Assembly: GCA_010093605.1 (NCBI GenBank)
Contig: MU004186.1
Location: forward strand, 265,765 to 329,764
Source of the DNA: Lophium mytilinum
Lineage: Eukaryota
Direction: 5' to 3'
DNA: 64,000 bases
How positions within the stretch are numbered: position 1 is the first letter of the stretch; every line of letters starts with the position of its first letter. The notes under the pieces are model-generated. The model saw only the letters and a program-made list of their open reading frames with translations. It had not been told where the DNA came from and ran no database searches. A program made the translations under genes and the position numbers. Below, piece after piece: positions 36,697-46,495 of this stretch.

Positions 36697-38021
36697 ATGG
36701 TCGAAAAAGTGATTCAATTAAAATGCAACTGCAATGAGTACCCCTGGGGACAAACAGGTTCTGAGTCATTCGCCGCACGACTTTGTGCCAAGACTCCAGG
36801 AACAGATTTCAAGATAGATGAGAAAAAACCATACTCTGAAATGTGAGTGGGTTCTGATAACCATGGCTGCGATGTGCAAATACTAATAAAATAAAAGGTG
36901 GATGGGCACATACCCAGAACTACCTTCTTATGTCCTCAAAACAGGAGAAGATCTTCAAGATGTACTCGACGCCAATTCTAAAGAACTCATGGGCACAGCT
37001 TTACCCAAGAAATTCGGCCATACGAAGCTCCCATATCTTCCCAAAGTCCTCTCCATTGCGAAAGCACTTCCTCTACAGCTACACCCAGTATGCCTCTCTC
37101 CTTTCTACTATTCAAGCTCCAACACAGATCTAGAATAAGAGTTTAGCTGCTGAACTCCACTCTCGCGACCCCTCTCAGTTCACTGATCCTAATCACAAAC
37201 CTGAGATCGCCCTCGCCCTGTCCGACTTCGAGGCATTTGTCGGCTTCAAGCCTTTGAAAGATATCGAAAGCCTCCTGCAACTTGCACCTCTCCAGCCTTA
37301 CATGCCACTTGTCAAAAAGCCAAAGTTCGATGATCAGACCCTCAAGCACGTAGTCAAGACGATGCTTATGGCGTCGGACGAAGACATCTCCAAAACGACT
37401 ACCGCACTCCTTGAGATTCCCCGTGACTCTTTCGGGAAAGAGACATACATTCCAGAAATGATCCCACGCCTAGCGAAGCAATACGACAAAACCGACCCAG
37501 GAATCATCGTCGCGCTCATCACAATGAACTACTTGACCCTGAAACCCGGCCAATGCATCTACATCCCGGCTGACGGAATTCACGCATACCTTTCCGGCAC
37601 GATCATCGAATGCATGGCGCGTAGCAACAACGTTCTCAACACGGGCTTCTGCCCTCGGGGCGACCGAAACTCTGCAGAGACTTTCTGTTCGTGCTTGACG
37701 TTCACGCCTCATGATTCGAGCGAGGCCATTCTGGCCGACGAGAAATTTAGCAAGAGCCGGGATGGGAAGACCAAACTTTACTCGCCGCCATTGAGCGAAT
37801 TCAGCATCGTAGCGACGGAGTTGGGAGACGGGGAGCAAGAGCGCATTGAAGCTATAGAAGGCCCGAGCATTTTTATCTGTACGCAGGGCGAGGGTACGTT
37901 GGAGGCAGATGGGAAAAGTTATGAGGTTAAGGAGGGATACGTTTTCCTCGTTGGTGTAGGAACAGAGATGAATTTTGTAGCAAAGAAGGGCCTGCAGGTC
38001 TTTACTGCATTTGCGGAGTAG
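36697..38021 (+). CDS. Mannose-6-phosphate isomerase, class I; 2 introns
   Basis: NEYPWG, PYSEM|WMGTYP, LPYLPKVLSIAKALPLQLHP, DPNHKPEIALAL, DGIHAYLSG, ECMARSNNV. Confidence 0.93.
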
Positions 38022-38667
38022 GTAGACGAAGCATAAGATTGCTGTATCTATACCGAATCAGAATTTGAGCACCTGGGAGGGCAGTGCAATATGAGGCTTT
38101 TGACTCAAATTGCTATCAAGAAACTGCTATAGCATTACAGTCGTTATTCGTTGCGTTCAACTTTGTGAGGTTTAAATATAGAGCATCTCGCTTACCGCAT
38201 TGGGATTAGCAAAATATTATCTGATCCCTCCCGTCTCCGATCCTTTTCACCACTTCATCAACAACAATCCTCCCAGACTTACAACATCTCGGTGCCTAAG
38301 GAACTAGAAGAACGTGCAACTAGTGAGTACTATCTATATTGCCCAGGACGTTTTTTCTTATATGATACCCAGGGCCTATCTTTCGACTTCTGATGTTTCA
38401 TCCCTGAGCAATTTCTGCATCATTCAAGAAGCCATTGATTCATCAACATAAAGTCACAAAACAAGTATATCTATCTTTCAAACAGATTGAAAACTATCAT
38501 CGGAAATTTAGCCTTGGAATCAGTATTAGAAGATATCCGGCTGTTCCGCGTTTTTACTTCTCTCCTATTCGTTTACTTCCTCATCTCAAATCATATCACG
38601 AAAATACTCTAAAGGGTCTCTCAACACTTCCTTCAAGGCCGCAAATCGGCCTTAAATCTAGCTCAAA

Positions 38668-39527
38668 ATGCCAACCAAAAAGCGAACCGCGCCATCCCGA
38701 GCTCGTCCCTCCGAACCCGCTACCCCAGCCAAACCTCCGCAACCACGTCAACGCCCTAGCTTCGCGGCCATCCAGCTACGATTTGTAGCTTTGATTTCGT
38801 ACGCGATCAGCTTCGAGCATCTGTACTCGCACCCCAACAAGATAAACCAAGGATTCGGAGGCCACTATCAATTCCTAACTAACATAAGTACGAACCTCTT
38901 CTCTCCTTCTCCAATCGCCTGAAACAAAGTCCAAGACTGCAACTAACACGCAACACAGCCCTCGTCCTCGCAACCGCCGCCTCCGCCCTCGGCGCCCTCG
39001 AAATCCTAAATGCGCCCCGCCTGATCCAAAACCTCAAAGCGCAGATCCTCTTCCTCGCCACGCCGGTACGCCTCCCCTTCCCTCTTTATTCCAACCCCCC
39101 TTTCCAGACCCAGGCACTAACACCCCATTTCCAGCTCTCCCTCCTCATAACCTTAACCTACTGGCCCCTCTACCACTTCCGCCCCGCCCTCCTAAAAGAC
39201 ACCACCATCGCGCCCTTCGCCCCGCTCAAGAAAGACATCGGCTTCCACCTCCTCCCCGCCCTCTTCTTGCTCGTGGATGTAATCAACTTCACGCCGAGAC
39301 GGTATGCCCCCTCGCTAGTACGCTCGCTAGGGGTTTTTGGAACGTTTCTCGGGGGGTATGCGGCGTGGCTGTGGCTTTGTTGGCGGATGAATGGGATCCC
39401 GCCGTATCCGGTGATGGCGAAGATGGGGGTGGGGATGATAGCGGGTACGGCGGTGGCGGGCGCGGGGGTGTTGGGGGCGTTGAGTCGGGGGTTGGAGGGG
39501 TTTTGTTGGGTTTTGGAGCAAGAGTAG
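38668..39527 (+). CDS. FAR-17a/AIG1-like membrane protein; 2 introns
   Basis: GFGGHYQFLTNIS, LTYWPLYHF, DIGFHLLPALFLLVD, NGIPPYP. Confidence 0.85.
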
Positions 39528-39797
39528 GGTGGTGGAGGTAGAGACTGTGGGAGGAAGAGGGAGGTTAGGTCACTCGATTTAGAGGCATGTTGGCACGTGA
39601 AGGGTGGGAAGGAGTGTTATGTTGTATGAGACCCTAAATTGATAAACGCGCGGCGTAGCGAATCGATGGTACGGAATGTCGTACTATGATATATTCCTAA
39701 ACGACAGCAATCAAGAACATAATCGGTGAGCTTTTCCATCCCAACTCCAGAGCAAAGCATAGAAGGGACTAAGATGAGCTCTGCGAAGCTCCTATTC

Positions 39798-39912
39798 AAG
39801 CAGTACACGTGCGCGTACTGCTCCAACCGCTTCAAGAACAAGAATGAGGCCGAGCGGCACTAGAATTGGCTGCATCTACGGTGGCATTCGTGGTCTTGCG
39901 TTGCGTTTTCCA
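39798..39912 (+). pseudogene. Relic of a C2H2 zinc-finger transcription factor exon
   Basis: KQYTCAYCSNRFKNKNEAERH*NWLHLRWHSWSCVAF, with TAG at 39861 where Gln is expected. No intact flanking ORF. Confidence 0.7.
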
Positions 39913-39986
39913 GCGTCAGAGACCATCGTTGGATCTTGAGGGTATGTAAGGTCCGATATACTTACGAGACGCAGCCACGGTATCCT

Positions 39987-40580
39987 TCAATATGAGTATA
40001 GTTGAGAGTTCTCAGATTCCCAGAACTCCATGGGTGTCTTGCCGTCATGTTGGCTTGGTAGAGTATCATGACGCAGTTCTTGCTCAAAGCTCGACTCCTT
40101 GGCTGCCTTCATGATTCTTTCCTTCCGGTCGATGGACTCTTGAGACGGGCCATGGGGTGTAGACTTATTGTGATGGTTGAGGTTGGCTTGAGTGAGACGT
40201 GCAAAGGCTTGGTTACTAGAGTCGGCTTGAGATGGAGCAGGCTTGGATAGTGGACTGTCACTACGACGATGAGACTGAGTAGATTGGATAGAGCTTGGGT
40301 GGTTGACTCGGGTTTTACGAAGTATATCAGCTAGTGTCCCTGTGCAGATAGATATCGAGACTAGAGTATATGTTTTCAAAAGACGTCGTGAGGGTTCAGG
40401 CACAAGATGAGAGTTACGGCTACCAAGTGAGAGGGGCCGGGTAAAGTCGAAGACCGAACGACGATGATAGACAGGCCTGGGATTCAAGTAAAGAGACGTG
40501 ATGAGTGACGAGAATACGTACGATGAGTGATCATCAACTCCATCATGACAGCCAGTACTGTTTAGGGATTGCGACGCCAT
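39987..40580 (-). CDS. Possible small orphan protein
   Basis: Long open frame; TATATAAG near 40740 precedes MASQSLNS; structure uncertain. Confidence 0.3.
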   Translation of the reverse strand: MASQSLNSTGCHDGVDDHSSYVFSSLITSLYLNPRPVYHRRSVFDFTRPLSLGSRNSHLVPEPSRRLLKTYTLVSISICTGTLADILRKTRVNHPSSIQSTQSHRRSDSPLSKPAPSQADSSNQAFARLTQANLNHHNKSTPHGPSQESIDRKERIMKAAKESSFEQELRHDTLPSQHDGKTPMEFWESENSQLYSY

Positions 40581-41469
40581 GATAGATTGATAGAGGTCTC
40601 TTTGATTGCCGCAATGTCTCCAAAGTATCTTTGAGAAGGGTTGATGAAGGAAGTCTTGTGTATGAGTATCTAGGAAGGGAATTTTATGCTCGGTTTGTTC
40701 AAGACGAAGCATCTTGACTGCCTGCCTGGGGGGCAACTTATATAGAGTATTTAAGAGCTTAAGCATCAAGGCAATTGGGCCAGCATATCGAGTGCGGACT
40801 CCCAGATGACAGCGCGCCATATCTCGAGTGAGGGACGACGTGGCGATGGCCTCCTTTACGAGCCTGTCACTGTTAGATTTATTCTTAGGCCAATGAGTGC
40901 GATTCATCTTATGGTTGCACAGTCCGGGAGCCGACTAAAAGCAGCGCGATGATTGCTAGGGTCCGCAGGAGTTAGATAGAGGCGTATATCCCGTTTGCGA
41001 GAGCGGTGAACAGCGTATGTAGTTGATAGCTTTCAGTGTTATATTAGTGTAAGATTCCCCGAAAAAAACTGATCCAGAAGGCCTCATTGGCGCATTGCAA
41101 GACTTGGATTTTGAGGTGCTCGTCATGTAGTCTCTAAACGGGGCGTTACGACCTGTATTTTATTGCATTCGAATCCCTGGACTGTGATCAGCTGCGAGGA
41201 GCCCGCTGAGGCGTACGCGCTGTCTCGAAGTGGCTTCCCGAAACACCACCTGCATTGCAAGAAGAAGGCAAAGAAACAGATTCGACGTTCTAGTACTTGC
41301 TAACCGCAAGGCAACTGGTTTCTGCACGCAATGCAGTGCCGGGTGGCCCATTCACGTCCGCGATACCCCGTCGGGCGACCAACCCCCCTGCGAGAATCCG
41401 AGGCTCGATGTTGCCCTGCTGCGGGGACACCGCCTGAGCGGTAACCTGCGGCCACGAGCATCACTAGTA

Positions 41470-41806
41470 CAGTAAACCCCCGTTATAGTGATACGGGTTT
41501 TTGCAAGGGGGTGTGTCACTGTACAGAGAGTATCACTGTATCCAATGTCACGTGTTGGAGATTTGTAAGCCAGACGCCTCCCAAAACACCGAAATTAGGG
41601 GGTTCTAGGGAGGGTTAGAGGTACCACGGACCACCCGCCCATACAAAAATCACCCCTGGTTAGTGTGATCTTGGTGAGCGGGGGCTTATGATACCATAGT
41701 AACCAGCTTATTACTATTCCCATACAAAAACGTACGGTCAGCCGAAATATATCACTCTATAGAGAATATCACTGTATCGCGAAAACACTATAAGGGGGGT
41801 TTACTG
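41470..41806. mobile_element. 337-bp MITE, Tc1/mariner-pogo type
   Basis: 21-bp TIRs CAGTAAACCCCC(G/C)TTATAGTG with 1 mismatch; TA TSD at 41468-69 and 41807-08; internal repeated ATCACTGTATC motifs; no ORF. Confidence 0.9.
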
Positions 41807-42819
41807 TACTCGAGTGAGGAGCCTAGCCACTTCAGTCCACCACGGCACATACGGCCTGACGGTCAGACGCCTCTGGCCGCGAACCCTTCGGACCAGCAGC
41901 GGATCCCAAACCTTAAGGCAGCAACAAGGTATGTTTTTCTTACAGGGGACGGTAATCTATGTTCGGCATGCCATAAGCTGGAGAGAGCTTCATACCGTGT
42001 TCCTGAAGGACACTCCTCATCTTCTCTTGGCCAGCCCCTTGGCCCATCTCGTAGTTGACGTATACTGTGAACATTGGGTGAACATGACTCTTTCACCGTA
42101 TGAATGCTAGCTTGGCCATCTAAACCGGCTCCATAAATGCTCAGTGCTATCGGGATGGGGACCGGCAGAAACTTATGCATCTCGACTGTTGAATTCATTT
42201 GGTCTGTAATTTGACCTTTGAACATGAAAACACCTGTATTCTATTAGCCGTGAAGCTCGACAACGTGAGGTAAAGAAAATGGCCTGTACGATACCTACTA
42301 GATACCGCGTGGGGTGTAGTGTCGTGCGTGAGGTGCAGACGTAGTTGCGGCACAGGGAGATTTATTCTCACGAGCGAGCCGCCCTACGTGTCTCGCCCAA
42401 ATCACAAGAGCCACAACCGTTTCCGCAGCGCTCAACGCCGCTTTACATACGATCGGGCTTATCGGTTCACATACACGACATTCTTGACTGCACAGCAGCC
42501 TATTGCCGCTTTACTCCACGGCTTCCATGCAGGCCATGCAGGCCATGCGGCACACGCCACTCCCCTAAATTTGACCTGCACTCCACGCCCCAGCGAGCAG
42601 CTGGGAGGCTGGAGAGCAGAGCAGAATCGCGTGCGAGGTGGGCAGTCTTGACATGCGTTGGCGTGGTGCGTCTCACCTCGCGCCCTGCCGCAGGCAGCGC
42701 AATGCAGTAATTTGGATTAAATGGCAATTTGATAGCCGGGCGAGCGAACCTTGAATTTCTCCTGTTTCGCTACCGGCTCAATCTCCCGTTGCGGAAAGAA
42801 ACAGACATGCCGGCAGCGT

Positions 42820-43254
42820 CACAGTACCGTATACTTTCTGCATATCGAGACGCCAGTCTTGGCAAGCCCGCTGATCCTCTAAACTCAACAGCGTTGGGAA
42901 GTGGGTCCTAGCGGTGGTGTCAGGCCAACTCAGGGGGTGGGTGGCCCACAATTCAGCTCGCTGGCGTTGACCTGATACGCTGAAAATTTATGCTTGAGAT
43001 AGCGCTGCCAAGACTGGCGTCCCGATATGCAGAAAGTATACGGTAGGCAAAGCCTGTTGTGTCGCTGTTGAAATTCTTCTATCCCTCAGAACACCACAAC
43101 AACGAGCTAAAACTTCATGAAGAGTGGCTAGACTTCTAGAGCAAGGCCGTCGTCATTAATTTTGCAATTTTTCTTGATAGAATTGACCATCATTTAATGG
43201 TTCTAGGGTTTTTCCTTTCGGCCCCCACCGACATCACGGACTTCGCTCACTGTG
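42820..43254. mobile_element. CAC-ended MITE copy 1 (216 bp once the nested insertion is removed), 4-bp TSD GCGT
   Basis: gcgt|CACAGTA[nested MITE]GGCAAAGCC...CTTCGCTCACTGTG|gcgt; about 92% identical to 46103-46318. Confidence 0.88.
42827..43043. mobile_element. 217-bp MITE with CCGTA ends (Tc1/mariner-pogo/Tc2 type), nested in the left TIR of the CAC element
   Basis: TIRs of about 36 bp, CCGTATACTTTCTGCATATCG(A/G)GACGCCAGTCTTGGCA; TA TSD at 42825-26 and 43044-45; the empty site is visible in copy 2. Confidence 0.92.
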
Positions 43255-43548
43255 GCGTGGTGAATCCAGATCTACCATCACACCGGTCTGTCACATTGAC
43301 CACACGACTGCCCAGTAGTGTCATCGTCATCAGCCATTTTAAACCTCATACATCGTGCCAATGCGGGCCAACCTTTTGACCGTACGTTGAGGCGCGAGTC
43401 CCTCCTCCAGGCCTCCCGCCTCACCCGTCCCGCCAGAGCTATCTCGCCGCCCGCATGCTCCGCCGTCCCGTCCTGCATCATCTTTTTCCCCACGTCCCCG
43501 AGTCTCGGCCGACCCGCCTGCTCTTGCTCTGTAAGTACTGAAGTGCTG

Positions 43549-43588
43549 CAAGGACTACCAAGGACTACCAAGGACTACCAAGGACTAC
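43549..43588. repeat. Minisatellite (CAAGGACTAC) x4
   Basis: Four perfect 10-bp units. Confidence 0.9.
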
Positions 43589-44027
43589 AGCATATCGCCC
43601 AACAGCACCATGAATCCTAAAGCCCCTGAAACCTCTTTGCTTTTCCAGTAATCATTAACCGATCCGCCTAGCACTATGCCACCAGGCTTCGAGTATATCT
43701 AGAAGGGAAGGATGCATTCTGATGCCGATCCCCGAACATCGAGAAGCAGGCTTGACACAGCGATGCCAAATGGGCATTGGTGGTGGCTCTCTAATTTACT
43801 CGTTGCATCACTTAACACTTTCCGGTCAGTCTCTTGACATATCAGACTATGCACACATATTTGAGATGCTTCGACTGTTACTTCATTTCACAAGTAACTA
43901 AGATTGAGTCCTTAATCGTCCCCGCATACTTGATGTGTTTCCCACGCTGAACAAACGACCCTTCGAGCATCCTTTTCTCTAGGCCACCTTGTTATAAAGA
44001 TTGAGACTCTCAAAGGCATACCTCAAC

Positions 44028-45362
44028 TCAGACATTTCCAAAACCCTCCCTCTCCGAATGCGTCTGCCGATACTTCTCCGAACTCAACTCCTTCGCAAGC
44101 CCACTCTGCATATGCCCCGAGCTATGCGGCAGCCAATTAGGATCCTTCACCTGCACACCTTTCTCCTCTGGATCCTCGCCCTCGATCACAGTATCGCGAT
44201 GACTACTCGTACCCGCACCATTAGCTTGGTTGCCCGCAGTGACAACCTGCTGCTGGTTGTTGCTCCGCCGCATGGGCCCACCCGCCTCGAGTGCTGTCTC
44301 GATGTTGCCAATGTTGAAGTCGATCTCGACGTTACCCTCGCCGGTGAGGTAGAGGTACCAGTATGGGAGACCGACAAAGACAGCGCCGCCAATGATGTTG
44401 CCGAGAGTGGTAGGTATCAAGGACTTCCAGATATAGTACCCGACGCTTATTGGGGCGCCTTCCCAGATGCCCATGGGGACGAAATACCTAGTGGTGGTAT
44501 CAGGACTGACGTCTTTTGACAGTAGAGGCTAGTTGACAGTAGAGGCTTGGTATGAAAGGTGGCACATACATGTTCGCAACAACATGATCGAAAGCGCAAG
44601 CCACAAAAGTTGCCGTAGGCCACCAGATCGCCGTAACCTTACTCACGATCTCGCGACTGCTAATACTTAGAAAGACAGCAAGGCAAACCAGCCAATTCGC
44701 CGCGATCGCTCGTAGGAAGATCTGGTGCCATTGCGGATTGTGCGCCTTTTGCATCGCGATGGTAACTGCGGTTTCGGTGTAGCCAGGAGTTTCGGAGAAG
44801 AGACCGCCATAGCCGGTGATAATGGCCATGAAGAAGAGCATCCCACCGAGGTTGCCGAAGAAAGAGATGAACCAGATTTTGAGAACGTCGATAATGGAGA
44901 CGCGGCGGTGGAGGTAGGCGATCGTCATGAACTGCGACTTGTGAGATGGGGATTTTTCAAGGATGTCGAGCGACCTTCTTACCATGATGTTGCTCGTGAA
45001 GAGATCCGCGCCTGTCAGCACGATCATTACGAGACCGACGGGAAAGAGGAGGGCTCCCAATGTGCGAATCAGCCCGGGACTACACAACTCAGTTACTCGA
45101 TCTGGTTGTCATTAAAGAATCTGGAAAGGCTCACGCATTTTCCTGGTACCACGGAGAAGAACTTGTACTAATCAGGACTGCACATCTGGAACTAAAGTCA
45201 GTAGGTTGGTCACAAGGTTAATATTGAGCTCACTTACCCGAATCCAAGTAACGGGCCGGCCATGCACGAGTTGACGAACAATTTGTCAAGCCTCATATGC
45301 GCTTTCTTCGTGCCTATGCGAGAGCATAGCTCGACCGTTTGCTGCGTCGTGAATGCATCCAT
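44028..45362 (-). CDS. Formate/nitrite transporter (FNT) family channel; multiple introns
   Basis: MDAFTTQQTVELCSRIGTKKAHMRLDK, LFPVGLVMIVLTGADLFTSN, SFFGNLGG, AIAANWLVCLA, FDHVVANM, PTTLGNIIGG. Confidence 0.92.
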
Positions 45363-46102
45363 TCTAGAAGGTGGCGCTCAGTCTCTGCTTTGCGAATTGG
45401 GTGGACTGTCGCTGGCATACGCAAATCGAGAAATCTCAAACGATAGGAACGTAGAAGAGAAGAAATAGTACAACCCAGGCTCATGAAATTAGTTCTAACT
45501 CTGCACATATGTATGTATAATGGAGAAAGCCTCCACGGGTAGTGCTCCGGTAGTCTACCGAACGAAGTAAAGCACGCTTGGTACTGCACCAGCGCCGATC
45601 ACATCAAGCAGATCTCTACTTTAGATCCCATGGGATTTCAGAATACCATAAGATCAAGGGCGGAGATAGTCTCCAGATGATGGTGATATACACTGTTTTA
45701 TTCCGAAAGTAGATACCATGTGGGAGTACCCCTGCAATGGATCACGGCAATCTACGATCAATCTTGTATAACATCAATGTTTAGTTCCGGAGAAGCATGC
45801 GATAGAGAGGGAGTTGACGTCACTACCCATCCTTAGGGTGCGATAGGAGAAATTCTTGAGCGAACGTTGAAGCGCTGATAAGCACCCGCTTCGATATGCC
45901 GCAGTAGTGTCGATTGAGCCGCCGATCGGTACGCGGTTAGTGGTTGACGTAGCCAGCGGGCTCCAGTGCGAATTCCGCAACGGCTACATTGCTAGAAAGT
46001 ACAACACAGGCTACTCATTTAAAACGCTAAGAGTTCTTAAGAAGAATGTTTCCAGCTGTTCTATTAATGTTCAGTTCTTCTTCCAGAACCAGTCAACACC
46101 CC

Positions 46103-46318
46103 CACAGTAGGCGAAGCCTGTCGTGTCGCTGTTGAAATTCTTCTATCCCTCAGAACACCACAACAACGAGCTGAAACTTTATAAAGAGTGGCTAGACTTC
46201 TAGAGCGAGGCCGTCTTCATTGATGTTGCAACTTTTCTTGATGGAATTAACCATCGTTTAATAATTCTAGGGTTTTTCCTTTCGGCCCCAACCAACATCA
46301 CGGACTTCGCTCACTGTG
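46103..46318. mobile_element. CAC-ended MITE copy 2 (216 bp), 4-bp TSD CCCC
   Basis: cccc|CACAGTAGGCGAAGCC...GGACTTCGCTCACTGTG|cccc; imperfect TIRs of about 26 bp. Confidence 0.88.
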
Positions 46319-46495
46319 CCCCCATAACTGAAGCGGCAGGTCGGTCACCGTCCGTGCCAACCTAACCTTCTACTACGGCACGCGCCACGCCATGCTGCTA
46401 TCTTATATCTATAGTCTACCACCCTTAAAATATAGAAGCTGTAAAGCAGTAGAATAGCGGTAAGTAGAACAGAGAACTAGTAAAGGCTTGGGTCG

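Noticed and set aside
43207..43254. Full V(D)J-type RSS (CACAGTG heptamer plus nonamer-like GGAAAAACC)
   Set aside because: The spacer is 32 nt rather than 12 or 23, the nonamer is imperfect, and the other end has no counterpart. Only the heptamer-like terminus is claimed.
43044..46318. The two roughly 210-bp direct repeats as LTRs of a retroelement carrying FNT
   Set aside because: No TG...CA ends, PBS/PPT or gag-pol. Each repeat has its own TIRs and its own TSD.
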